64,000 nt of DNA from NCBI GenBank assembly GCA_910584835.1, contig CAJUEG010000005.1, positions 113 to 64,112 of the forward strand. Reading direction: 5' to 3'. The stretch's first letter is position 1; the number at the start of each line of letters is the position of its first letter. The notes under the pieces are model-generated. The model was not told where the DNA came from. It did not search any database and was given only the letters and a program-made list of their open reading frames with translations. Below are positions 40,006-48,384 of the stretch, piece by piece. Source of the DNA: an uncultured Oscillospiraceae bacterium. GTDB taxonomy: Bacteria > Bacillota > Clostridia > Oscillospirales > Oscillospiraceae. Both the position numbers and the translations under genes were made by a program.

Positions 40006-40535
40006 GGAAATATAACATCATCTATGCCGACCCGCCGTGGAAGTACGGGACATGGCACTCCGCTGACCGGCACTACCCCACCATGCCCATTGAGGACATC
40101 AAGGCTTTGCCCGTGTCCGAACTGGCCGCCGACGATTGCGCCCTGTTCTTATGGATCACCATGCCCATGCTCCAGGAGGCGTGGGGCGTGATGGAGGCAT
40201 GGGGCTTTCGCTTTGTGACCTGCGCCTTTGTCTGGATCAAACTCAGCCGGAAATCCAACACAGTATTTTGGGGGCCGGGCCACTGGACACGGGCCAACGC
40301 GGAGCTGTGCCTTCTTGCAACCAGGGGCCACCCCAAACGGCTGGCTCGGAACGTCCACCAAGTCATTATCTCCCATGTCCAGGAACACAGGCGAAAGCCG
40401 GACGAGGCCCGCCGCCGCATTGAGGCCCTGATGGGGGACGTGCCCCGCGTGGAGCTGTTCGCCCGCCGCCCCGCCCCCGGCTGGGACGTTTGGGGAAATG
40501 AGGTGGACAGTACCATTGACTGGGTGCCAACATAA
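40002..40535 (+). CDS. MT-A70 family adenine methyltransferase; ATA start proposed
   Basis: YNIIYADPPW; LFLW; WGF; H.RKP; ELFAR; GWDVWGNE. Confidence 0.88.
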   Translation: MGKYNIIYADPPWKYGTWHSADRHYPTMPIEDIKALPVSELAADDCALFLWITMPMLQEAWGVMEAWGFRFVTCAFVWIKLSRKSNTVFWGPGHWTRANAELCLLATRGHPKRLARNVHQVIISHVQEHRRKPDEARRRIEALMGDVPRVELFARRPAPGWDVWGNEVDSTIDWVPT

Positions 40536-40536
40536 A

Positions 40537-40565
40537 AGACCGCCTGCACACCCGCAGGCGGTCTT
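40537..40565. terminator. Hairpin between convergent genes
   Basis: AAGACCGCCTGC-acaccc-GCAGGCGGTCTT. Confidence 0.7.
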
Positions 40566-40567
40566 GC

Positions 40568-40900
40568 TTATGGCTCCTCGCCGGATATATCTCCAAACAA
40601 AATGCGCAGATAGTCCCTCCGGCCATAGAGTACACGGTCCACATAGACATCCGAGCCGTGGGGCCGATAGAAAATCATGTAGTTCCCGCTGACCAGGAAA
40701 CGGTAATCACCGCTTGCAACCGTGACAGCGGACAGGGGAGAGCCCATGAGGGGAAACATCCTCAACTGATCCACAGCGTCCATGATCCTGTCCACCACAC
40801 GTTTCGCCGCAGATGGGTTTTGCAGCTCCTGGGCGATATGATCCCAGATATTGTCCAGGTCACGGAGGGCTTCTTTGGAGTAGCGGATATTATTCCCCAT
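40568..40900 (-). CDS. RelE/ParE family toxin
   Basis: YSKEALRDLDNIWDHI...FPLMG...YRFLV..NYMIFY...RVLYGRRD. Confidence 0.9.
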   Translation of the reverse strand: MGNNIRYSKEALRDLDNIWDHIAQELQNPSAAKRVVDRIMDAVDQLRMFPLMGSPLSAVTVASGDYRFLVSGNYMIFYRPHGSDVYVDRVLYGRRDYLRILFGDISGEEP

Positions 40901-41150
40901 GGGCCCGCTCCTCAAAATGTGCCCGCATCTCCTCCGGCGTGAGCCAGCCCTCTGTGTCCCCGGACTTCCGGCCTTTGGCAAGCTCACCCATCAGTTTCAA
41001 CGTCGCCTGGGTCTTTTCATAGTCCTGGATATCCACGATGGCATATCTGCCGCGGCCATTTTTCGTCAGAAAGACAGGGGAGCCTACGGCTACATCGTGC
41101 AACACTTCGCTGTAATTGCGCAGATCGGAGATAGGTTTAATGTTCGGCAT
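40890..41150 (-). CDS. Phd/YefM family antitoxin
   Basis: IKPISDLRNY...PVFLTKNGRG; overlaps toxin start. Confidence 0.9.
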   Translation of the reverse strand: MPNIKPISDLRNYSEVLHDVAVGSPVFLTKNGRGRYAIVDIQDYEKTQATLKLMGELAKGRKSGDTEGWLTPEEMRAHFEERAHGE

Positions 41151-41170
41151 CCCATTCAGCCCCTTTCTGC

Positions 41171-41204
41171 TTTACAGTATACGCCAATGCGCTGTAAAAT
41201 TCAA
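41171..41204 (-). promoter_or_regulatory. TA promoter with overlapping operator palindrome
   Basis: TTGAAT-N17-TATACT; TTTACAG...CTGTAAA at 41171-41198. Confidence 0.65.
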
Positions 41205-41242
41205 CATTAAATTTTACTACACTAAAACTGAGGTGATCAACT

Positions 41243-41587
41243 ATCGAAATCAAAATTCCAAAAGAAGTCCGCCAGCACAAGGAAAGCATTTTCTTCGGCC
41301 TGTCCGCCCGGCAGTTTTTCTGTGCCCTGTCCGCCGTGGGGATCGCCGTGGCCGTCTACCTGCTGCTGGGCCCCGCGCTGGGCAAGGAAACCGCGAGCTG
41401 GGTGTGCATCCTGGCCGCCGCGCCCGTGGCCGTGGCTGGGTTCTTCCACTACAACGGCCTGACCCTGGAGCAATTCGCCTGGGCCTTCCTCAAGTCTGAA
41501 CTGCTGTGCGCCGGGGAGCGGCGCTTTGTGTCCGAGAACTTCTACTATGCCCTGTTTCACCGAAAGGGGCGTGACGACTTTGATTAA
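41243..41587 (+). CDS. PrgI family (VirB3-like) protein; ATC start
   Basis: GAGGTGA then ATC-GAA-ATC-AAA: (M)EIKIPKEVRQHKESIFFGLSARQF; two TM segments. Confidence 0.85.
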   Translation: MEIKIPKEVRQHKESIFFGLSARQFFCALSAVGIAVAVYLLLGPALGKETASWVCILAAAPVAVAGFFHYNGLTLEQFAWAFLKSELLCAGERRFVSENFYYALFHRKGRDDFD

Positions 41588-43907
41588 AGCCCTCACCACC
41601 GCCAACAAGAGCGAACAGGACAAGTTCACCATTCCCCGCAGCGTCCAGCAGTCCATCCCCATCAAGCGCGTCTATGAGGACGGCATCTGGCTGGTGGGCC
41701 GGAAACACAGCCGGACATGGCGTTTTTCCGATGTGAACTATGCCGCCGCCTCCGAGGACGACCAGCGCGGGATCTTCCTGTCCTATGGTGGGGTGCTCAA
41801 CAGCCTGCCTACCGACGCCGCCGCCAAAGTCACCATCATCAACCGCCGCCTCAACCCCGTGGCCTTCCAGCGCGCCATGCTGATGAAGGAACAGGGGGAC
41901 GGCCTGGACGAGTACCGCAGGGAGGCCAACGGCATCCTCACCCAGCGGGCGGCGGAGAGCAATAATCTTGTCCAGGAGAAGTACATCACCCTGTCCATCC
42001 CCCAGCGGAAGATCGAGGAATCCCGCGCCTATTTCCGGCGGGTGGACGCCAATCTGTCCAAGAGCTTCGGGCGGCTGGACAGCGGGGCCCGGCCCGTGTC
42101 CAACCATGACCGGCTCCGCATCCTCCATGACTTCTTCCGCCCCGGCGAGGAACAGTATTTCACCTTCGACCAAACCGCCGCCATCCGCCGGGGGCTGGAT
42201 TTCAAAGACCTGATCTGCCCGGATGGTATGCGGTTCCGGGCAAGCTATTTTGAGATGGGGGACAAGGTGGGCCGGGTGCTGTTTTTGAAGGACTACGCCA
42301 GCTATATCAAGGACAGCATGATCTCCGCCCTGTCCGACTTCCCCCGCAGCCTTATGCTGTCCATCGACATCCTGCCCATCCCCACTGACGAGGCCGTGAA
42401 GGAAATCCAAAGCCGGATCATGGGGATCGAGACTGACATCACCCGCTGGCAGCAGCGCCAGAACGACAAGAACAACTTCACCGCCTCCATCCCCTATGAC
42501 CTGGAACAGCTTCGGGGGGAGGTCAAGGAATTTCTGTCCGACCTCACCGAACGTGACCAGCGGATGATGTTTGCCGTGGTGACGCTGGTGCATATCGCGG
42601 ACAGCCTGGAGCAGCTTGACGCGGACACCGACGCCCTCTTTTCCATCGGGCGGGAGCATTTGTGCCAATTCTCCGTCCTGCGCTATCAACAGGAGGACGG
42701 CTTGAACACCGTTTTGCCCTACGGCCTGCGCCGTGTGAAGGCCATGCGTACCCTCACCACCGAGAGCACCGCCGTCCTTATGCCCTTCCGCGTCCAGGAG
42801 ATACAGGATCCCGGCGGCCTGTCCTATGGGGTGAACGCTATTTCCAAGAACCTCTTGATCTGTGACCGCAAACGGCTGATTTCCCCCCATGCCTTTTACC
42901 TGGGCGTGTCCGGCTCCGGCAAGTCGGTGGGCATGAAGGCCACCGTGAACAACGTGATCTTGTCCACCAACGACGAGGTGATCATCATTGACGCCGAGCG
43001 CGAGTATGGCCCGCTGACCCGTTCGCGGGGCGGCGTGGTGGTGGAGATTTCCCCCAACAGCCCCCACCACATCAACCCGTTGGAGGTGGCGGCGGAGTAT
43101 GTGGACGGGGAGAACCCCATCGCCATGAAGTCCGAGCTGATCACCAGCATTTTGGAGCAGCAGATGGGGATCGGGCGGCTTTCCGGCAGCCACAAATCCA
43201 TCATTGACCGCTGCACCGCCAACGTCTATCAGGACTATTTCAACAGCCGGGGCAAGGCCCCCATGCCGCTTCTGACCGACTGGCGCAATGAGGTCATGCG
43301 GCAGGCTGACCCGGAGGCCCGGGAGATCGCCCTGGCTGCCGAGCTGATCACCGAGGGCTCTCTAAATGTGTTTGCCCATCCTGGCAATGTGGACATGAAC
43401 AACCGGATCATTACCTTCGACCTGTATGAGATGGGGGAGCAGCTTCGCCCCACCGCTCTGGTGGTGACGCTGGAGGCCATCCAGAACCGTGTCATGGAGA
43501 ACCGCAAGCGGGGCAAATTTACCTGGGTGTTCCTGGATGAAGTGTATTTGTACTTCAAGTACCACTACTCCGGGGAATTTCTGTACCGGGCGTGGAAGCG
43601 GTTCCGCAAGTACGCGGGCATCATGACTGCCGCCACCCAAAACGTGGAGGAGTGCCTGAAATCCGAAACTGCCCGGCTTATGCTGGCAAACTCTGAATTT
43701 CTGCTGCTGTTCAACCAGGCGGCCACCGACCGGGCGGAGCTTGCCAAACTGCTGCATATCTCCGACACGCAAATGGGGTACATCACCAACGCCGAGCCGG
43801 GCCACGGCCTGCTGAAAATGGGCGGCTCCCTGGTGCCCTTCGCCAACGACATCCCCAGGGACACCGAACTCTACCGCACGCTGTCCACCACCCCCGGCGA
43901 GAATTAA
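41580..43907 (+). CDS. VirB4/TraE conjugation ATPase
   Basis: IPRSVQQSIP; GVSGSGKS; FLDE; WKRFRKY; ATQNV. Confidence 0.95.
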   Translation: MIKALTTANKSEQDKFTIPRSVQQSIPIKRVYEDGIWLVGRKHSRTWRFSDVNYAAASEDDQRGIFLSYGGVLNSLPTDAAAKVTIINRRLNPVAFQRAMLMKEQGDGLDEYRREANGILTQRAAESNNLVQEKYITLSIPQRKIEESRAYFRRVDANLSKSFGRLDSGARPVSNHDRLRILHDFFRPGEEQYFTFDQTAAIRRGLDFKDLICPDGMRFRASYFEMGDKVGRVLFLKDYASYIKDSMISALSDFPRSLMLSIDILPIPTDEAVKEIQSRIMGIETDITRWQQRQNDKNNFTASIPYDLEQLRGEVKEFLSDLTERDQRMMFAVVTLVHIADSLEQLDADTDALFSIGREHLCQFSVLRYQQEDGLNTVLPYGLRRVKAMRTLTTESTAVLMPFRVQEIQDPGGLSYGVNAISKNLLICDRKRLISPHAFYLGVSGSGKSVGMKATVNNVILSTNDEVIIIDAEREYGPLTRSRGGVVVEISPNSPHHINPLEVAAEYVDGENPIAMKSELITSILEQQMGIGRLSGSHKSIIDRCTANVYQDYFNSRGKAPMPLLTDWRNEVMRQADPEAREIALAAELITEGSLNVFAHPGNVDMNNRIITFDLYEMGEQLRPTALVVTLEAIQNRVMENRKRGKFTWVFLDEVYLYFKYHYSGEFLYRAWKRFRKYAGIMTAATQNVEECLKSETARLMLANSEFLLLFNQAATDRAELAKLLHISDTQMGYITNAEPGHGLLKMGGSLVPFANDIPRDTELYRTLSTTPGEN

Positions 43908-43934
43908 ATCTCACCATGAGACACATTTGACCAC

Positions 43935-44999
43935 ATGGGAGAAATCACGTTAGGGAGTTTATTTGATGGGATCGGCGTGTTCCCGCTGGCGGCCCGCCGC
44001 CATGGGATCGTGCCGGTTTGGGCCAGCGAGATCGTAAAGGCCCCCATTTCCATCACCCGGCACCACTTCCCGGGCATGGAGCATTTGGGGGACATCACCA
44101 AGCTGGACGGGGGGAAGATACCCCCCGTCCATGTGCTTACCTTCGGCTCACCCTGCCAAAATTTATCTCAGATTGGCAACCGTACCGGGCTGTCCGGGGT
44201 AAAATCAAGCCTGTTTTTTCACGCGATCAGGATCATAAAAGAAATGAGGGATGCAACTGACGGACAATTTCCAGCAATCGCTGTTTGGGAGAACGTCATG
44301 GGAAGCCTTTCTTCAAATAACCGGCTGGACTATGCGGAAGTGCTCCAGGCGTTCACAGACACCGCAATTCCAATTCCTCGATCTGGAGTGTGGGCCCACG
44401 CCGGAATGGTGCGAGGCCGTGGGGTTGACCTGTGCTGGCGGCTTATGGACGCCCAATATTGGGCAGTCCCCCGGCTGGCACGACGGCAGCGTATCTTCCT
44501 CGTGGCCGGTTTTGGAGGGCGGCGTACTCACGAAATACTGTTTAAGCCCCGCCCAATGTTCCAAGTATCTCCGGCTGGCGGAGAAGGCGGGGTGCCCGCC
44601 GCCCAGGTTTATCGAGGCCCTGTTATTGAAGCAGGGGGGCGTGTACCCATCGTCCGGCCCTTCCAGCTTTTCCGAATGAGGGGGGCGGCCAATGACCGTT
44701 ACCACGTCCAGTTTCGGGACAGCTTCGGCTTTCTGGACGATCCCTTCCCCACGCTGCTGGCCGGGACGGTCTACCCCTTCGCGTTCTACTTTGCCGACGA
44801 TCCTTTGGGGGGCTGTGTGCGGTTCCCGTCGGAGCTGGAATGTGAACGGCTGATGGGCCTGCCCGACGGGTGGACGAAATACGGCGCGGAGGGGGAGAAG
44901 ATCAGCCCAGGCCAGCGTTACCGCGCATTAGGGAACGCCATCGCCCTGCCCTGCGCGGACTACATCATGGCGGGGATCAAAGAGGTACTTGACCCATGA
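43935..44999 (+). CDS. C5 DNA cytosine methyltransferase (alpha chain)
   Basis: LFDGIG; GSPCQ; WENV; RRQRIFLV; ECERLMGLP; RYRALGNA. Confidence 0.92.
   Translation: MGEITLGSLFDGIGVFPLAARRHGIVPVWASEIVKAPISITRHHFPGMEHLGDITKLDGGKIPPVHVLTFGSPCQNLSQIGNRTGLSGVKSSLFFHAIRIIKEMRDATDGQFPAIAVWENVMGSLSSNNRLDYAEVLQAFTDTAIPIPRSGVWAHAGMVRGRGVDLCWRLMDAQYWAVPRLARRQRIFLVAGFGGRRTHEILFKPRPMFQVSPAGGEGGVPAAQVYRGPVIEAGGRVPIVRPFQLFRMRGAANDRYHVQFRDSFGFLDDPFPTLLAGTVYPFAFYFADDPLGGCVRFPSELECERLMGLPDGWTKYGAEGEKISPGQRYRALGNAIALPCADYIMAGIKEVLDP
44251..44679 (+). CDS. Nested out-of-frame ORF, M.EcoHK31I beta-polypeptide-like
   Basis: 142-aa ORF inside the MTase gene; KYCLSPAQCSKYLRLAEKAG resembles the beta-chain pattern as recalled. 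Confidence 0.6.
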   Translation: MQLTDNFQQSLFGRTSWEAFLQITGWTMRKCSRRSQTPQFQFLDLECGPTPEWCEAVGLTCAGGLWTPNIGQSPGWHDGSVSSSWPVLEGGVLTKYCLSPAQCSKYLRLAEKAGCPPPRFIEALLLKQGGVYPSSGPSSFSE

Positions 45000-45056
45000 A
45001 TCCAGGGGCGCGTCCGTCAGGGCGCGCCCCGCTGCTTTTTTAAGGAGGGGAACACC

Positions 45057-47090
45057 ATACCCAAAATAAAGGAACGGAACCAAACCGAGAAAGTAAAAGG
45101 CAAAAAGAAGGGCGGCAAACCCGCCCAGACCGCCGCCCGCCGCGTCATGACGGCCAAGCTGAAAAAGGAGCTGGCCCAGCGGAAACAGGGCGGGGGCCGT
45201 CCCACCGCCGAAATACCCCGTGATAATTTCATTGACATCACCGACGTTTCCACCAACACTACCGGCTCCGCCAGCGCCGACAGCGGCGCCGGGGCCATAG
45301 AGCAGGTGGAGCAGACCACCCAGGCCGCCGTCGATATGGGCCGCGCCACCAAGCGTGGGGCGGCCATGGCCGTGTCCAAGGTGAAGCAGAAGCGCCGGGA
45401 GATCAAGGAGCGGCGGCGCCAGCCGGACGCCCAGGGCCAGCCCCCGGACACACCGACCCCGGCCCCCGGCATCCATGGTAATGATACGCTGCCTGCATCC
45501 GATGCCCGCCATGGGCGGACAGTGGACGGGGCCGCGGCACCCCCGGCCCCCACACCGGGGGATCGTATGCGCCAGCGGGCGGTAGACCAGAGGAAGGAGC
45601 AGCTTACCCGCCCCAAGGCGGGAACACCGTCCCAGGGGGAGGCCCCAGCCTCCCCCCACTACGGCGGGCCCCGGCCTGCCCCTGGCCCTGTCGCCACAAA
45701 GCCCTCCTCCGGGAACCAATCTATCAATCCATCCATCAAAGAGCGCCCCAGGCGCTCCACGCTGCTGAAAGAGAAACCCCAGGCCGGGACCATCCGGCCT
45801 AAGACCCGCCAAGCGGTAGAACAGGCCGCCCGTGTCCGGGCGGCCCCCACCGGCACCCCCGGCCCCACAGGGAAGAAAGCCACCACCAAGCATATCACTG
45901 ACCGGGCCCGGAAGAAAGCCCAGCGGGGTATGCTCCAAAAATCCAAGCAGGCGGCCCAGGTCACCGCCGACCTGTCCAAGCGGGCAGCCCAGGCCACAGT
46001 AAAGGCGGTGAAGGAGCTGATCAACGCCCTGGCCGCCCTGGTGGGCGGGGGTGCGCTGGCCACCGCCATGTGCGTGATCTTCCTGGTGGCCGCCGTGATC
46101 GCGTCCCCCTTCGGCATCCTCTTTGCCAACGAGCCGTCCCCAGGGGCGGTGCCGCTGGCCGCCGCCGTGAATCAGATCAACATGGAGCTATCCGACAAGC
46201 TGGCCGCCCTGCAAACCGGGGACTACAGCGCCATCGACATCCAGGGCGCCGCCCCGGACTGGCGGGAGGTGGCGGCGGTGTTCGCCTGCAAGACCGCCAT
46301 GGGGACGGACAGCGTGGACGTGGCCGCCCTGACCCCTGACCGGGTGGCGCGGCTAAAGGCCGTCTTTTGGGATATGTGCGCCCTTTCGTCCAGCGTGGAA
46401 ACCATCGACCACCCGGCCACGGACGATACAGAAGCATGGACAGAGAGGAAGCTGCATATCACCATCACCCCCAAGAGCGCGGACGATATGCGGACGGCCT
46501 ATGCGTTTTCCGCCGACCAAAACAGCACCTTGACGGAGCTGCTGGACGAGCTGGACGTGATTGGCGGCCTGCTGGCGAACCTGGGCATATCGGACGAAAA
46601 GGTGATAGAAGTGCTTCAGCGTTTGCCGGACGATCTTTCCCCGGAGCGGCGGGCCGTGGTGGAAACCGCTTGTAAGCTGGTGGGGAAAGTCAACTACTTC
46701 TGGGGCGGCAAGAGCAGCGCCATCGGCTGGGACCCCCGCTGGGGCACACTGATGAAAGTCACCTCGCCGGGGAATGACACCAGCGGCACCTACCGGCCCT
46801 TCGGCCTGGACTGTTCCGGGTTCCTGGACTGGGTGCTGAAAAATGTTGGCCTGCCCAGTGATGGGCATTGGTACATCGGCAGAAATTTGACGGCGGTTTC
46901 TACGGCCAACGCCAAACCGGGGGACTTTGCGCTCTATCCCGATTCGTCCCATATTGGCGTGGTGGTAGGCCGGAACGAGGCGGGGACACTGCTGATCTGC
47001 CACTGTGCCAGCGGGCAGAACAACATTGTGATCACTGAGTTTTCCGCCTCCGGCTTTACCGCTGTGGGCAAGCTGTCCTTTATGGACTGA
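45057..47090 (+). CDS. NlpC/P60 (C40) conjugation cell-wall hydrolase; ATA start proposed
   Basis: Basic N-region; TM then SPFGILF; YFWGGKS; GLDCSGF; HIG; CHC. Confidence 0.88.
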   Translation: MPKIKERNQTEKVKGKKKGGKPAQTAARRVMTAKLKKELAQRKQGGGRPTAEIPRDNFIDITDVSTNTTGSASADSGAGAIEQVEQTTQAAVDMGRATKRGAAMAVSKVKQKRREIKERRRQPDAQGQPPDTPTPAPGIHGNDTLPASDARHGRTVDGAAAPPAPTPGDRMRQRAVDQRKEQLTRPKAGTPSQGEAPASPHYGGPRPAPGPVATKPSSGNQSINPSIKERPRRSTLLKEKPQAGTIRPKTRQAVEQAARVRAAPTGTPGPTGKKATTKHITDRARKKAQRGMLQKSKQAAQVTADLSKRAAQATVKAVKELINALAALVGGGALATAMCVIFLVAAVIASPFGILFANEPSPGAVPLAAAVNQINMELSDKLAALQTGDYSAIDIQGAAPDWREVAAVFACKTAMGTDSVDVAALTPDRVARLKAVFWDMCALSSSVETIDHPATDDTEAWTERKLHITITPKSADDMRTAYAFSADQNSTLTELLDELDVIGGLLANLGISDEKVIEVLQRLPDDLSPERRAVVETACKLVGKVNYFWGGKSSAIGWDPRWGTLMKVTSPGNDTSGTYRPFGLDCSGFLDWVLKNVGLPSDGHWYIGRNLTAVSTANAKPGDFALYPDSSHIGVVVGRNEAGTLLICHCASGQNNIVITEFSASGFTAVGKLSFMD

Positions 47091-47181
47091 AAAATAAATC
47101 TCACGGTGAGACACAATTCGCAGCACGAATTAAATCTCACCGTGAGACATATTTTGTGATTCATTCCAAAACAAAGATACT

Positions 47182-47397
47182 TTATTCTTGCGGCTTGACA
47201 ACTTCCGGCTCAAAACGTACAACCTCGCTGGGAGAGCAATCTAAAATCGTACATAATTTTTCCAAAGTCAGCATGGTAATGTTTTTATTCTTTTTTAGCC
47301 AATCTAAAGTGCGGCGGTCAACTCCGGCTTGAATGAGGGCGTATTGAGTTACACCCTTTTTCTTCATTGTGTCCCATAGCGGACTGTAATCAACCAC
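47182..47397 (-). CDS. Cro/C1-type HTH regulator
   Basis: DYSPLW..MKKKG.TQY.L...TLEKLC.ILDC. Confidence 0.85.
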   Translation of the reverse strand: MVDYSPLWDTMKKKGVTQYALIQAGVDRRTLDWLKKNKNITMLTLEKLCTILDCSPSEVVRFEPEVVKPQE

Positions 47398-47451
47398 CTT
47401 GCCACCCCCCGGAAATAGTATCTCCATTATAGGGTGGGGCCAATAATTTGA

Positions 47452-47475
47452 ATATTGCACATATATGTGCAATAT
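47452..47475. promoter_or_regulatory. Perfect 24-bp palindrome, candidate operator
   Basis: ATATTGCACATATATGTGCAATAT between divergent genes. Confidence 0.65.
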
Positions 47476-47501
47476 GGTATGCTGTGGCAGGGTGATTATC
47501 T

Positions 47502-47975
47502 ATGAAAAATAAAACCTGTTGCTTCACAGGCCACCGTCAGCTACCGCCAGGAGAACGGGCGGTGATTACTAACAAGCTGGAATGTACCATAACAACCTTA
47601 TACCAAACGGGTGTCTGTTACTATGGGGCCGGGGGCGCCCTGGGGTTTGACACCCTCGCCGCCCAAGCGGTACTCCATCTGCGGGAGAGCTGCCCCGGCA
47701 TGAAGCTGATCCTCGTCCTGCCCTGTTTGACGCAAACGAGGGGATGGAGGCCGGAGGACGTTGCGGAGTATAAGCGCATCAAGGCCCAGGCGGATAAGGT
47801 TGTCTACACGTCCCAGCAATATACACCGGACTGTTGGCACAAGCGTAACCGTCATTTGGTGGACAACAGTGGGATATGTGTCTGCTATCTGACAAAGAGC
47901 GACGGAGGGACGGCTTATACCGTCAAATATGCGGAAAGACAAGGACTTGAAGTAATCAATGTTGCAATAAAATAA
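47502..47975 (+). CDS. SLOG family (DUF1273/YspA-like) protein
   Basis: CCFTGHR; GGALGFD; RNRHLVDNS; GGTAYTVKYA. Confidence 0.88.
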   Translation: MKNKTCCFTGHRQLPPGERAVITNKLECTITTLYQTGVCYYGAGGALGFDTLAAQAVLHLRESCPGMKLILVLPCLTQTRGWRPEDVAEYKRIKAQADKVVYTSQQYTPDCWHKRNRHLVDNSGICVCYLTKSDGGTAYTVKYAERQGLEVINVAIK

Positions 47976-48220
47976 ACTCTCTGTATAGGGTGTATTTCAC
48001 AAAAGAATGTGTCCCATCATGAGACACATTTCCCACAACGACCATTTTGCAAAAAAATTAGAAAAAATGCGCTCAAACTATATGGTTATAGAGTGGACAA
48101 AAAGCGGCCTGTTTTGGTAGAATACCATAGGTCGAAATGCGCGCGGCTGCCAGCGCATCATGTTTTGCAAAAATATCAAAGAAAGGGGTTGACAGGGAAT
48201 GACGTTCAGGTATGCTTTTA

Positions 48221-48268
<48 letters not shown>

Positions 48269-48384
48269 TAAAGGATACTCGACCTCTTTTCCCCTGTCAA
48301 CCCCATATTCGCTCAAAAGGCCACCTGGAAAGCATTTTTGCTGTCCGGGCGGCCTTTTTGCGCTCATTTGAGGGAGGCTGAACA

